Of a stretch of 64,000 nucleotides of DNA, positions 53,753-64,000 are shown in pieces. The stretch covers positions 13,976-77,975 of the IMG/VR virus record IMGVR_UViG_3300016466_000841. The stretch is one strand, 5' to 3'. This DNA comes from a virus. Numbering within the stretch: position 1 is the first letter of the stretch; every line of letters starts with the position of its first letter. Both the position numbers and the translations under genes were made by a program. Below the pieces are notes generated by a model. It was not told the origin of the DNA, made no database searches, and worked only from the letters and a program-made list of their open reading frames with translations.

Positions 53753-55122
53753 TGTCCCAAGATCCCAATTTTTTCTACGATGGCCAAATCCGGCGTTTCA
53801 TAACACAGTTCATACGGATGGTATCTAATTTCCATGTGCAGTTTGGCAAAGACCGCGAAGGCAATATAAGCCTACAGCGTGTTCCTGTTTTTTATGGCGA
53901 TGCCAGCAGACAGGCCAGCCAAATTATTAGAGGAAACAGCGAAAATGCTTTGGCCAATGTACCGGCTATGGCTGTGTACGTGAGCGGATTTGACTATGAC
54001 CGAGAGCGAGTGCAAGAGCCATATCATGTCAGCAAGATGCAGTTGCGTCAGCGACGCTATGATCCCGACACCGGAAACTATGACGAAAATAGATCTGATT
54101 CGTTTACAGTCGAAAGATTGATGCCAGTGCCTTACAAGTTGACACTGAAGCTAGACATCTGGACGTCTAACACAGAACAAAAACTACAGATCATCGAGCA
54201 GATCGCCACCTTGTTTAACCCCGCGCTGGAGATACAAAGCACCGACAATTACATAGATTGGACTTCGTTGAGCGCGGTATTTTTGACTGGCACCAATTGG
54301 GATTCTCGATCAGTTCCTGCCGGAGGCGATGAGCCCATCAGTATTGCATCAATGACTTTTGAATTACCAATTTGGATTTCTGCTCCAGCCAAAGTACAAA
54401 AACTCGGAGTAGTCTACAAAGTGATCAACTCCATGTATGATGCATATGGAAATATTTCCGACTCGGTGTTCGACGACGAAACACAGCTTGCTCGGCCAGT
54501 GATAACACCTTATGGCTACAGGTTAGTGTGCATGGGCGACAAACTCACCTTGGTGCGTAATTCCAGCACCAGCATCAATCTACAAGACATAAACTCAGCC
54601 GGCGACTGGAAATCATTGATCGAAGATTACGGTGATCTCAGAGATGGTCTCAGCGAAATCAGATTACGCCATCATGACAGCCAATACGAAGTGGTCGGGC
54701 GTGTCACTTATAACCCAATCGCTCCCTCTCAGCTGTTGTTTAATATCGACGTTGATACCGTTCCGGCCAACACCATGCCTCCGGTATCGGCCATCATTGA
54801 TCCCTATACCGTAAATGTCGATCAGTTCGATTTGTTAAACCCCGATGCTGGTACACGTTACTTGATATTGAATCCCATTGGCAGTCTCAACAATATCGAT
54901 GCCGCAGTGGTCTGGGGTAATAGATCATTTATAGCCAATGCCAATGACATCATTGAGTGGGATGGGTATGCATGGAAAGTGGTGTTTGACAGCCGTCAAG
55001 AAAGTTCAACTCAGTATCTGGTGAACTTAAATACTAACACACAATACAAATGGTACGAAAATCAATGGTCAAAGAGCGTCGAGGGAATATATCAAGAAGG
55101 GGAGTGGAGTCTCGTGTTGTAG
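53752..55122 (+). CDS. Tail sheath stabilizer/terminator (T4 gp15-like)
   Basis: FFYDGQIRR, VPVFYG, MPVPY, QIIEQI..LFNP. Confidence 0.8.
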   Translation: MSQDPNFFYDGQIRRFITQFIRMVSNFHVQFGKDREGNISLQRVPVFYGDASRQASQIIRGNSENALANVPAMAVYVSGFDYDRERVQEPYHVSKMQLRQRRYDPDTGNYDENRSDSFTVERLMPVPYKLTLKLDIWTSNTEQKLQIIEQIATLFNPALEIQSTDNYIDWTSLSAVFLTGTNWDSRSVPAGGDEPISIASMTFELPIWISAPAKVQKLGVVYKVINSMYDAYGNISDSVFDDETQLARPVITPYGYRLVCMGDKLTLVRNSSTSINLQDINSAGDWKSLIEDYGDLRDGLSEIRLRHHDSQYEVVGRVTYNPIAPSQLLFNIDVDTVPANTMPPVSAIIDPYTVNVDQFDLLNPDAGTRYLILNPIGSLNNIDAAVVWGNRSFIANANDIIEWDGYAWKVVFDSRQESSTQYLVNLNTNTQYKWYENQWSKSVEGIYQEGEWSLVL

Positions 55123-55583
55123 AAAGTTGTGGGGCACTGATTTACTGCGTCAAAACTAAACGATATTTGTTTTTGTTGCGAGACCAAGACCGACACTCAG
55201 GATATTGGGGGTTAGTGGGCGGCAAAGTCGAAGACTGCGAATCTGTAGCCGAAGGACTCCGTCGTGAAATACGAGAAGAAATTGGATCTATCAACTACGA
55301 TAAAATAATACCCATCGAAAAATTCACCAGCGACAACGAACGGTTTTACTTCCATACATTTTTGATACCTGTCAGTGACGAATTTGTGCCGACCTTAAAC
55401 AAGGAGCATCGAGGATATTGTTGGGTTGAATTAAAAGATCACCCCCGGCCTCTTCATCCGGGGGTGTGGCGTAGTTTTAAATTCGATTCAGTGATAAAAA
55501 AGATATCTGCGATGGAACAGGTGTTATCCGATGTCGGCCTCGACAACGAAATCGCGCACAGAGATCACACGCAGATTCAATGA
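55104..55583 (+). CDS. NUDIX hydrolase
   Basis: GGKVEDCESVAEGLRREIREEIG Nudix box; start uncertain. Confidence 0.85.
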   Translation: MESRVVESCGALIYCVKTKRYLFLLRDQDRHSGYWGLVGGKVEDCESVAEGLRREIREEIGSINYDKIIPIEKFTSDNERFYFHTFLIPVSDEFVPTLNKEHRGYCWVELKDHPRPLHPGVWRSFKFDSVIKKISAMEQVLSDVGLDNEIAHRDHTQIQ

Positions 55584-56198
55584 GTTTTTCCACTCATTGG
55601 GCACATAGGCTGCATCAGTTTGCCCAACCAACACAAAATCTACATCAGGGTAAGTGTCAAACACCAATTTCATTGCGTGCGCCCAGAATGGGTGCTCGTT
55701 GTCCATTTCACAGCCTAACAGAAATATCTTGTCGTGTCCATCAAATGCGGCAAGATAGGCTGCAATGGCACCAGAATTCCACGAAGGGTCCTGTGGGATG
55801 AGGTAGAATTTTCCTGGATAGTCCAACACATTTCCGGCGTTGGAGTACACGATGTGATTATTGCAATAACTTCCGCGTGCTATTTCTGCTGCGTTTTCGC
55901 GGCCCACTACCACTAGGAAATCACATTCGATGTCTTTGTAGACATCGTTGCAACCATAGGTCTGCAATTTTGATGCACCCATGAGTCCGCCTCGGTGATT
56001 TTTGATCAAGTTCATGTCAAAATTTTTGCGCATTTCGCCGCCGCCTAACACAACGGCCTGTGTGGTCAAGTGATTGTTGAACACATTGTTGGGAACCCAC
56101 TCGCGTTCGTACTGCTGTTGTGTACCTTGCACGGTCATCTGTGTGGTTACTTCTTCGCCGGTGTAAGTGGCACGGAATTTTTGTTCTATTTTAAACAT
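55524..56198 (-). CDS. Hypothetical Rossmann-like protein
   Basis: AVVLGGG, YGCN, SGAIA, KIFLLG pattern. Confidence 0.65.
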   Translation of the reverse strand: MFKIEQKFRATYTGEEVTTQMTVQGTQQQYEREWVPNNVFNNHLTTQAVVLGGGEMRKNFDMNLIKNHRGGLMGASKLQTYGCNDVYKDIECDFLVVVGRENAAEIARGSYCNNHIVYSNAGNVLDYPGKFYLIPQDPSWNSGAIAAYLAAFDGHDKIFLLGCEMDNEHPFWAHAMKLVFDTYPDVDFVLVGQTDAAYVPNEWKNSLNLRVISVRDFVVEADIG

Positions 56199-56273
56199 GG
56201 TTGGTCTAGCTCCAGATTATATACTATACTTATCAAAAATTGCCATCATGTTGTGCATAGTCCAGGTTATTTG

Positions 56274-56564
56274 TCAACTCACGTACCATATTTGTGATGC
56301 AGTATCAGGATCGTACAGCACAGGTGGTTCTCCGCCCGATATCATATAAGTAGGCGATACCGCTACTGCATTGACTAATCCTGCCGATATAGTTTCTCCA
56401 GCCGATAGTAAAGTAGTAGCGGTCACGGTATTGGATAATACTGTAGATAGGGACATGGCGGGTATATCGTTAGTTGCTGTGATCACCGACATAGATACAT
56501 TAGCTAATCCAACCGAGATGGAATAATCAGCATATAAAATTTGTGATGATAACTCTGCTGGCAT
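56274..56564 (-). CDS. Hypothetical structural-region protein
   Basis: ORF track. Confidence 0.55.
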   Translation of the reverse strand: MPAELSSQILYADYSISVGLANVSMSVITATNDIPAMSLSTVLSNTVTATTLLSAGETISAGLVNAVAVSPTYMISGGEPPVLYDPDTASQIWYVS

Positions 56565-56570
56565 AACGTA

Positions 56571-57953
56571 TTATCTAGCCCTAATTAGGAACATATCTCG
56601 ATATCTTGTATCGGGCCCAGTTACCAATGGATAATATGATTCGCCGTCGACTGTGATGTTGGTTCCAGCAGTGTAATACTCGTTCATCCATGCATCGCTG
56701 CCCGATAGAGATTTAAAAAACCCTGGTAACTTTCCACCTTCGTTCCACCAGGTCCTGGCCGGTAATGTAGCATCATTGGTATGAATTCCTAATCTCATAT
56801 AGATAGGTATTGCACACGGTACTGCTGCACCAGTGTTAACATCAACTGTAGGCCAATATCTCCAACCCAAGGTAGGGGTGTTAGTGGTATCATCTGAGTT
56901 TTCTCGATTACGCAAAAGAAAACTCATATTTGCACATAATCTAAAAAGAGGTGATCCTTGACCGTCCCCGCTGACTCTTATATAGGAACTAGCGTCGTTG
57001 GTCACCCATTCATTATATTGTGTGGTGTGCGTGATAAAATTCATGTTGTCAACTGTGTGAGACCTGCGACACAAATAAGGTTGAGCTCTTACAGCATTAT
57101 TGCCATCCTTGATCCTCATCCAGGCCCAGTGCTTTTTGCCAGTGTAGGTTTCGTAGCCCGAAGTGGTAGTAGTGGCACGCTGCCAAGGCCATAATGGAGT
57201 ATGAAACCCTACTATAGGTGGATTATCATCATAGCTATTTTCCCAAGCATTGGTAGATCTTAGACCAAAATATGTCATCGAAGTCCAAGGTTGTATAAGA
57301 ATAAAATATTGTGCTGTTACTGCCAACCACCATTCAGATCTGCTGACATTGGCGGTTTGTCCCCACGGGTTGATGCCCACACCGGTTTCGTTAGGGCGTA
57401 TGCTGTGCCACGGCATACGTGTACCGTCTTGATATGCTCCAGTAAGGTTTACTGAAGCATAGCCATAACCGCCGCCATTGGTGGCGTCAGTGGTTGGTAC
57501 ATATCCAGTGACTTTGTCATACTGTTTGTCGGTGTGAGCCCCATGTATAATATCAATGAAAGGATAAGTAGTCCAGGTACTCCATACCTGAGGTTGTACT
57601 GTGAATTTGAGGTAAGGCAATTGTGCCTTACCTGAATCTCTCCAAAAATCGGCGCGATAGATACGATTTTGCAGGTTAGCATCGGTGTAGTTGGTATCGT
57701 CGAGATTATGCCCTTTGATAGCATTGACTTCGTCAAATTTAGGAGAAGTCTGCCAGCCGCCGGCCTCGTCGTTTGCGATAACACTAGTTATGAGATTGAC
57801 ATTAGTGTCATAGGTATTAGCTGCGGTTAATGGTCGTACTACCGGCGTAGATCCGGCGGCTGCGGTTGCTACAGCAGTAATAACTCGCATAAAATTATAG
57901 GCACGCAACTGCGAAGTTGATGTTCCTAGTGTTGGGTCAAATTTTACAAACAT
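56571..57953 (-). CDS. Putative virion/tail-associated protein
   Basis: Thr/Asn/Gly/aromatic-rich; in the fibre cluster. Confidence 0.65.
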   Translation of the reverse strand: MFVKFDPTLGTSTSQLRAYNFMRVITAVATAAAGSTPVVRPLTAANTYDTNVNLITSVIANDEAGGWQTSPKFDEVNAIKGHNLDDTNYTDANLQNRIYRADFWRDSGKAQLPYLKFTVQPQVWSTWTTYPFIDIIHGAHTDKQYDKVTGYVPTTDATNGGGYGYASVNLTGAYQDGTRMPWHSIRPNETGVGINPWGQTANVSRSEWWLAVTAQYFILIQPWTSMTYFGLRSTNAWENSYDDNPPIVGFHTPLWPWQRATTTTSGYETYTGKKHWAWMRIKDGNNAVRAQPYLCRRSHTVDNMNFITHTTQYNEWVTNDASSYIRVSGDGQGSPLFRLCANMSFLLRNRENSDDTTNTPTLGWRYWPTVDVNTGAAVPCAIPIYMRLGIHTNDATLPARTWWNEGGKLPGFFKSLSGSDAWMNEYYTAGTNITVDGESYYPLVTGPDTRYRDMFLIRAR

Positions 57954-57959
57954 TATGAG

Positions 57960-59096
57960 TTACTCCGTTATCAATGAATAATTACTGACTGGCACAAACC
58001 TCTTCACTGACGAAGGGCCTGTATATACTGTACCCGGCACTAGAGAATCTGCGATACGGAATAGCCCATAAGTCGCTGCGGCTGGATTACCGTTTTCTCT
58101 TATTTTACCAATGACCGGATTTTCGACGATGGCAATACTTTGATTTGAGCTGGGAACACGAGCAGGTGTTTCATACACAAGATCAACATCGACTATGGTA
58201 CCATAAGTAGAGGTACTGAATTTATAATAGTAAGGTATCTTTATAAACTGCGATCTTAGATCTACTATACCCATGAGCATGCTGTTGGCGTTTTGCTCTG
58301 TGACTCCATTTTTACCAAGATCAAAAATTCCATGTTGCAGTCCGGCCCCGGGCCAGCTTATAAAAAAGAATTTATCGGTTATAACGATGTCTATACCATT
58401 GGGTTGATAACTGCTGTTATAAGCCAATGGAACTGCGTTTAATGCTGTTGTTTCTCTGTTGACTGTACAAGGATAGTTGATGGTCCCGGTCTGCTGAGAT
58501 ATATTTACATAATAATCACCGGTGTTGCCGGAAGTTCCGCTGGACTGAGAGACTATGCGAGTTTGCCTCAACGGCACAGTCAATGAGGGATAGTTTGTGG
58601 TAGGTTCTATACGATCTCCTACTGCCAGTCCCGAAGATTTTCCGTTGTTGACGCCCCAAAATGAGGCATCGGGATTATTAAAATTACTTATTGATGCTAG
58701 ATAAAAACTTATGTTAGATATCGTGATACCATGCACTACAAATTCTCTAGTCATTGACTGACTGTTGATCATGGTATTTGATCCCGCATTCCAGCCAGAC
58801 GATAAACTCACAGTTTGTAATATAGGAGAATCAACATTGAAACCTAATCTAAAATAGTGAGTCACATCAGCATAGACATTGTGTTTTTTACTGTAGGTGT
58901 AGGTACCGGTGCCAGAATTGGCTTGCACTGAAGCATAAACTTCAGCGGGATAGGCACCTTCTATAGAAGAATTAGCCTTGTCACAGCCAGCACTGAAATC
59001 ATTGACTGAAGAAATCTGTCCTGTGAGTATGGCATGAAAGTCGGCCATTAAGTTGGCCGCTGTGATGCTGCTGTTGGTCCTGTATCTAATTAACAT
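57960..59096 (-). CDS. Putative virion/tail-associated protein
   Basis: Ser/Thr/Asn-rich; in the fibre cluster. Confidence 0.65.
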   Translation of the reverse strand: MLIRYRTNSSITAANLMADFHAILTGQISSVNDFSAGCDKANSSIEGAYPAEVYASVQANSGTGTYTYSKKHNVYADVTHYFRLGFNVDSPILQTVSLSSGWNAGSNTMINSQSMTREFVVHGITISNISFYLASISNFNNPDASFWGVNNGKSSGLAVGDRIEPTTNYPSLTVPLRQTRIVSQSSGTSGNTGDYYVNISQQTGTINYPCTVNRETTALNAVPLAYNSSYQPNGIDIVITDKFFFISWPGAGLQHGIFDLGKNGVTEQNANSMLMGIVDLRSQFIKIPYYYKFSTSTYGTIVDVDLVYETPARVPSSNQSIAIVENPVIGKIRENGNPAAATYGLFRIADSLVPGTVYTGPSSVKRFVPVSNYSLITE

Positions 59097-59102
59097 AATT
59101 CT

Positions 59103-59411
59103 TTATTCTCCTCCGGCAGCCGGTTGGCTTTCGTTACTTTCTTCCGGCTCAGCTGGAAGTGGGGACGGTTCTTGATACTCAGGTGGTGCGAGATCCGCAA
59201 CAAAAATAAAATCTGTTTGTTCTTCTCCAAGATCTTGATCCACATAAACAAATTTTTCTTCTTTTATTTCAACTATACGGCTAATAAATGTGTTGTTGCC
59301 AAGTATTGTTGCTAACTTATCTGTCACGGCATTGGCGTCACCAGACTCCAGATAACGATAAACTTTGCCTGAATGTTCTTCAAATATTTTTGTTAATAAC
59401 GCCAAATCCAT
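59103..59411 (-). CDS. Hypothetical protein
   Basis: ORF track; SD AAGGAG. Confidence 0.6.
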   Translation of the reverse strand: MDLALLTKIFEEHSGKVYRYLESGDANAVTDKLATILGNNTFISRIVEIKEEKFVYVDQDLGEEQTDFIFVADLAPPEYQEPSPLPAEPEESNESQPAAGGE

Positions 59412-59422
59412 CAATGTCTCCT

Positions 59423-59926
59423 TTAAGGGGTGTACCCTTCGAACTCTAGTTTTACATGCAGGCCAATGGTACTGACTGCACCGGTGGCATCTAAAGTGAT
59501 ATAATCGGATGCCAACAAATTAATCGATGAGTTGACCATGGTCATGACCGAAGATCCTGATGCGATTTGCAATGTCAGTCCCGTGTCGACTCCGTTTTTG
59601 TTCAACTGAAAGGTGAAATTTCCACCTGTCACCGGCGACGAAACGCTGGCGTAAACTTTGGTGATCGTTATCGGTGTTGGGGGGTAATATCGAGCTACTC
59701 CAGTCACCGGAGGGACTACGTTTCCGGGCATAACGAGATTTATATAATTTTCCCGTCGAGGATTTTCTATTCCGCCATACGGAAGGGCGTTCCATGCTGT
59801 TGCTCCGTCGCCTAGCTTATACGCACGGGTATCGGTTTCTATGCCCATTTCGGCCTGTGCCAGCACAGGATTGGCGCTGGTCCACTCTGCCGCTGTTCCC
59901 CGTCGAAATTGTATTTGTATCGCCAT
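59423..59926 (-). CDS. Tail fibre-type protein with Mtd-like N-terminal domain
   Basis: IQFRRGTAAEWTSANPVLAQAEMGIETDT...KLGDG..WNALPY. Confidence 0.8.
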   Translation of the reverse strand: MAIQIQFRRGTAAEWTSANPVLAQAEMGIETDTRAYKLGDGATAWNALPYGGIENPRRENYINLVMPGNVVPPVTGVARYYPPTPITITKVYASVSSPVTGGNFTFQLNKNGVDTGLTLQIASGSSVMTMVNSSINLLASDYITLDATGAVSTIGLHVKLEFEGYTP

Positions 59927-59940
59927 ATCTTTATTTATTG

Positions 59941-60519
59941 TTAGTTAGTAACTGCGCCGCCGTCAATTGCAGCGATTCCGCCATAGACGCTGCTGGGTGT
60001 TCCACCATCATAATTGCCCGAAACGCCGCCACCGCCTCCTCCGCCGCCACTGACAAAAGGATCGCCATTGGCAAAAAAGTAAGAACTTGCATAAACGCTG
60101 TTTGCGGTTATTGCTGAGTTTGTGGCCAATAAATTTCCGTCCAAGGAAAGATTTCCGGATATATCTGCAGTGGCAGTGGTCAATGCTGTGCTTGTTATGT
60201 TGCCAGCTGTCATTGTTGTTGACACCAAAAGATTTCCGGCGATGTTGGCTGATCCGGTCAGTGTTATCGAATCACTGTTGAAGCTTGATACCTGTATGGT
60301 ATTACCGGTTATCACATTTCCGGTAATGGATTCCACATTGGCTATGGACTCCACTGACAAAGTACCCACTATCGAAACGGTACTGGCTGTGAGTGTGTTT
60401 CCTACCAGGCTTCCGACATTTACAATGTCACCATTGCCGATGTCCAAATTGTCGCCTACCGGAAGCTCCTGTATTTGCTCGGTATCGCTGTTGACTATGA
60501 GTGGTAAACGGTTTGCCAT
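59941..60519 (-). CDS. Putative tail fibre shaft protein
   Basis: Repeated GN(I/L) beta-helix-like motifs, YFFANG, DGG. Confidence 0.7.
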   Translation of the reverse strand: MANRLPLIVNSDTEQIQELPVGDNLDIGNGDIVNVGSLVGNTLTASTVSIVGTLSVESIANVESITGNVITGNTIQVSSFNSDSITLTGSANIAGNLLVSTTMTAGNITSTALTTATADISGNLSLDGNLLATNSAITANSVYASSYFFANGDPFVSGGGGGGGGVSGNYDGGTPSSVYGGIAAIDGGAVTN

Positions 60520-60542
60520 ATTAAGTAATATTTATCGGTATT

Positions 60543-61199
60543 TCACACATCTATACTGATCAAAGTGGTACCACTCCTACCAACAACGGCTATCGTGGCA
60601 CCGCTGGCCATGCGCACAGACATGGGCCCCCCGGATCTTCGTCCCACTCTCAGAGACGCTGCGCTCAGCATGGGATCTCCATTGGCAAAAAAATATGACT
60701 CGGCTTTCACTTCGGTGGCTGTGAGATTACCGGTGATTGTATTGGCTGAATTTGCTGCTTCTGCGATGGCTTCGGCTGATACCTCTCCGAATTCGTCGGT
60801 TTCAACTGTTGATATTCCCCGTTGTCCAACTATGATGGCTTTGGTATTACCTGTGGTGGCTGTTGGAATCAGTGCAATAGTACCTTCTGTGGCATCAGAT
60901 TTGATCTTGGCGCCGCCAAGATCAATGGTGTTACCTGACAAAAACAAATCTCGCCATCGGCTATTGGCTGTTCCTAGATCGTAGACTTCATTGGCTGTGG
61001 GCACGAGATTGCTGCCGACACCAGTCTGCACAGTTAAAGTAGTGAAATTTCCAGTGCTGGGTGTGACATTGCCAATGGGTAAATCGTTGATGGCTCCGGT
61101 GGTGCTGAGTGCCCAGCCCACACCATTCCACTGCCAGGTCTTGCTGCCAAAGCTGTAGGTATCGTTGAGACTGGGGTTGGAAGGAAAGTTCAATGGCAT
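60543..61199 (-). CDS. Putative tail fibre protein
   Basis: LNFPSNP...WQWNG, YDLGTANSRWRDLFLSGNTI, YFFANG. Confidence 0.75.
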   Translation of the reverse strand: MPLNFPSNPSLNDTYSFGSKTWQWNGVGWALSTTGAINDLPIGNVTPSTGNFTTLTVQTGVGSNLVPTANEVYDLGTANSRWRDLFLSGNTIDLGGAKIKSDATEGTIALIPTATTGNTKAIIVGQRGISTVETDEFGEVSAEAIAEAANSANTITGNLTATEVKAESYFFANGDPMLSAASLRVGRRSGGPMSVRMASGATIAVVGRSGTTLISIDV

Positions 61200-61214
61200 A
61201 TGCTATTTACTCGG

Positions 61215-64000
61215 TTAAAGTGTCAAAAATGTTGCCGCGGGCGGCGTGAAGTTGGCGGTGTATCGTGCAACACCTCTGGTGATACGAAGGTCGTCTATGT
61301 AACCTGTCATTTGTTCTGTGTTATTATCAAGACAACCAATTCTAATAATTGGCGTTGAGTAATTTATTGAATCGTTGTATGAAGATCCTTGTTGTACACC
61401 GTTTAAATATCCTTTAAGTACACCATTTGACCGAACATATGCTATGTGAAACCACGTATTCAGAGACATTGATGTACTTCCACGAATACGTTCTGCACCA
61501 TTAGCATACCAAACAATCTGTCCTGCTGATTGTGTACCACAGTTAAATCCGTTGGTGCCTCTTGTTGATGCAACATGGGTTTCATAATCATAAAAAGATG
61601 TAGTGTATACCCAATATTCTAAAGTGAAGTCTCCTGTTCCAAATGCAGTGTCTATAGTTGAAGGCACTACCAAATAATCCCCAGTCCCATCAAACGACAT
61701 TGAACCTGTACCATACTTCTTGGTACCATTGATGATTCTTGCATTGCCCACAGTCTCTAACACATTCTTACCGCCAGCATCGGTAATCGCAGCATTGGTA
61801 CCATTCAGTAACAGAGTAGTACCAGCAACAGGTGATGGAGGTTCAGCAGGTGGTACAAAGGCTGAGGTGTAGAGTGCAGAACCTGTTAATACTCGCATTC
61901 CAGATATGTAACCAATAAAACTGTCTCCCGCAGATACAGCGTCGTTATAAGTTCCTACCCAACACACTCTGTTACCACTGGTATATGTGCTTGACCAGGT
62001 GCCTCTATTTTCACCATTTAGATATAAAGTAGTTGTACCGCTCCTATTAACTACTGCAAAATGATTCCACTGTTGTGGAATTATGCCGGTTGCATTTATT
62101 CTAGCTGACCCATTTACCCACCATGTGAGAGTAGTATTAGCACTAAAATATAAGCTCTCTCTATTGGAACTGTCCACTTGCGAGGCAAAAATGTGTTGCG
62201 GAGATGCTTGGTTTGTAGAGTAAAACCAACCTGTGATTGTAAATGAAATTTCTGACCAATTAAATGAAGATGATGCTGGGATTTTTAAATAATCTCCCGT
62301 ACCATCAAAGTAATATGACCCACCATGATTGGCCGGTGAATATTGAACACCAGTAGTGATTGTCTCACCGAATGGATTGAATTTAGATGGCCGTGCGTTA
62401 CCGTTTACTGTAATTGCAAAAGCGTTGTTGGAATTATCAATAACAGTGGATGATTGACAGGCAAGTAATGAGGTGTTGGCAATGGCGGTAAGAGGTGTAG
62501 TGCTTGGAGTGAAGTTGCTGGTGTAGACTGCGGTGCCCTTTACAATACGGAGATTGCTCATGTGACCTTTGACTGAATAAAAAAAGCCAACAGATGCTAC
62601 GGCGTTAGAAGCAATGCCAACCAATGCTGTGCTATTAAAATTTGTTGAATTTGTTGTAGACCCACTAGAAACACCGTTTCTGTATAATGTTAAAGTAGTA
62701 TTGTTTCTCACCAACGCATAATGCACCCATTCACCTACTGTTGCTGTTCCAGATTCCGTTATAACCGCCGAGCCTGAGGCGTAAACAACTAGCCGTCCAT
62801 TTCCATTGCCTGTTTGCAATAAAAGAGCTCCGGATGCTGCATATCCTTTTTCAAAAGGACTTTGGTAACCTGCAATAGAAAAAAAGTTGATCCAGAATTC
62901 TATAGTGAAGTCTCCAGAATCCATTCTCAAAGCTGCATTGTCCGCAACCGTTAAATAATCTCCCGTACCATCAAAATATACACTATGACTATCTGGCACT
63001 ATGGTATGGGTCTTGAATGGTGAGAATGGTGTTATTCTTGTATCACCATTCCTTGTGATAGCAAATCTATTTGGTCCATCATCAGTGAAGCTAGGACCAC
63101 GAAGGGTTAGCAAGGATGTATTGGCGATGGGTTCTAGAGGTGCGTTAGGTATAGTTAGTGTTGATTGCGTTGGATCATAAACTGATGCACCTTTAATTAT
63201 TCTAAAATTTGACAGATACCCAGTGATAGGTACGAGAGTAGAACTGGCTAGTGATTTTGCACCAATTATAGGATTTGTTGTTGAGTTAAATACTGTACTA
63301 ACTGTGGCTGTAACATCTCTTACACCATTTATAAACAATGAAAGATTACTGGAACTATTTCTTACAACAGTAAAATGATTCCATGTATTTAATGGCATCG
63401 CTATCGTACCTGTAAGAACCGTTGAATTTTCTGTTAACACTTGTATAGTTCCATCGGTCCGAGGTGAAATTAAATATCCTGGAAAAGGTGCAGAGCTTCC
63501 AGATCTTGTATCAATGATACAAGCATTATTATTTAAAGATAGGTTGATCCATCCCTCTATTGTAAATGCTCCACTTCCAAAATCAAACACAGCATTGTCT
63601 GGTATTGTAAGGAAATCCCCCGTACCATCAAAATACGCACTCCATCCTGCTGGTGTATGTGGTGTATACGAACCAACTGATGCATTACCATTTCTGGTGA
63701 TAATATTCTTGACACCACTCTCATCTACTGGTTGACTGTTGTTGTAGCTGATACGATTCTGGAGTGTCAGCAGAGAAGTACCGGAGATTGCAGTGAGTGG
63801 AGAGGTGGGAACGGTATAGGTTGAGCCAGAGTAAACCGCAGTGCCGTTTACAATGCGTGCATTAGCGACATGCCCGCTAATCACTGTGTTATTTGCAATT
63901 CCTAATAAAAACGGAAGATCGGAGCCTGTCAACGGAGTTCCTGTAATTGCAACAAAATTAGACGCAACGCCATTACAAAAAAATCTAATTCCCGATGAGG
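61215..64000 (-). CDS. LamG/concanavalin A-like repeat tail-fibre/adhesin protein (partial, starts beyond window)
   Basis: Four FDGTGD(F/Y)L...FTIExW...WxH...RI.KG..Y modules; frame stays open to 64000. Confidence 0.85.
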   Translation of the reverse strand, partial: SSGIRFFCNGVASNFVAITGTPLTGSDLPFLLGIANNTVISGHVANARIVNGTAVYSGSTYTVPTSPLTAISGTSLLTLQNRISYNNSQPVDESGVKNIITRNGNASVGSYTPHTPAGWSAYFDGTGDFLTIPDNAVFDFGSGAFTIEGWINLSLNNNACIIDTRSGSSAPFPGYLISPRTDGTIQVLTENSTVLTGTIAMPLNTWNHFTVVRNSSSNLSLFINGVRDVTATVSTVFNSTTNPIIGAKSLASSTLVPITGYLSNFRIIKGASVYDPTQSTLTIPNAPLEPIANTSLLTLRGPSFTDDGPNRFAITRNGDTRITPFSPFKTHTIVPDSHSVYFDGTGDYLTVADNAALRMDSGDFTIEFWINFFSIAGYQSPFEKGYAASGALLLQTGNGNGRLVVYASGSAVITESGTATVGEWVHYALVRNNTTLTLYRNGVSSGSTTNSTNFNSTALVGIASNAVASVGFFYSVKGHMSNLRIVKGTAVYTSNFTPSTTPLTAIANTSLLACQSSTVIDNSNNAFAITVNGNARPSKFNPFGETITTGVQYSPANHGGSYYFDGTGDYLKIPASSSFNWSEISFTITGWFYSTNQASPQHIFASQVDSSNRESLYFSANTTLTWWVNGSARINATGIIPQQWNHFAVVNRSGTTTLYLNGENRGTWSSTYTSGNRVCWVGTYNDAVSAGDSFIGYISGMRVLTGSALYTSAFVPPAEPPSPVAGTTLLLNGTNAAITDAGGKNVLETVGNARIINGTKKYGTGSMSFDGTGDYLVVPSTIDTAFGTGDFTLEYWVYTTSFYDYETHVASTRGTNGFNCGTQSAGQIVWYANGAERIRGSTSMSLNTWFHIAYVRSNGVLKGYLNGVQQGSSYNDSINYSTPIIRIGCLDNNTEQMTGYIDDLRITRGVARYTANFTPPAATFLTL

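Noticed and set aside
21248-60984. Long antisense shadow ORFs over ahpCF, uvsX, gp32, terminase, sheath and fibre genes
   Set aside because: They are explained by codon bias of the real opposite-strand genes and have no independent motifs
56274-64000. Diversity-generating retroelement targeting fibre genes
   Set aside because: No reverse transcriptase and no template/variable repeat pair differing at adenines were seen; the Mtd-like N-terminus alone is not diagnostic

Overview
This window is part of a large, T4-like (contractile-tail) dsDNA bacteriophage genome, most likely a jumbo phage. The standard genetic code is used and most genes are on the minus strand. 1-6 kb: small early ORFs behind sigma70-type promoters, plus a candidate structured RNA. 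6-14 kb: three paralogous PP-loop ATP-pyrophosphatase-like proteins, several 2OG-Fe(II)-oxygenase-like proteins, an SDR and two phosphatases. 8.4-20.7 kb: 29 CCA-encoding tRNAs covering all 20 amino acids, interspersed with an RNA polymerase omega-like gene, a PD-(D/E)XK endonuclease and several non-canonical structured RNAs. 21-24 kb: an ahpC-aldolase-ahpF operon with an OxyR-type box. 24-33 kb: accessory enzymes plus uvsY, uvsX and gp32. 33-64 kb: terminase, head-completion, tail tube/sheath, neck and tail-fibre genes under TAAATA late promoters. The most striking observation is at the head of the tRNA array (20948-21177). A near-consensus promoter drives a leaderless 42-codon leader ORF that uses 19 of 20 amino acids and 34 different codons. 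Its last codons and stop form the 5' arm of an antiterminator that is mutually exclusive with an intrinsic terminator. This looks like a ribosome-coupled attenuator that senses general translation failure or tRNA loss and switches on the phage tRNA set. All calls were made by eye; no searches or folding programs were run.
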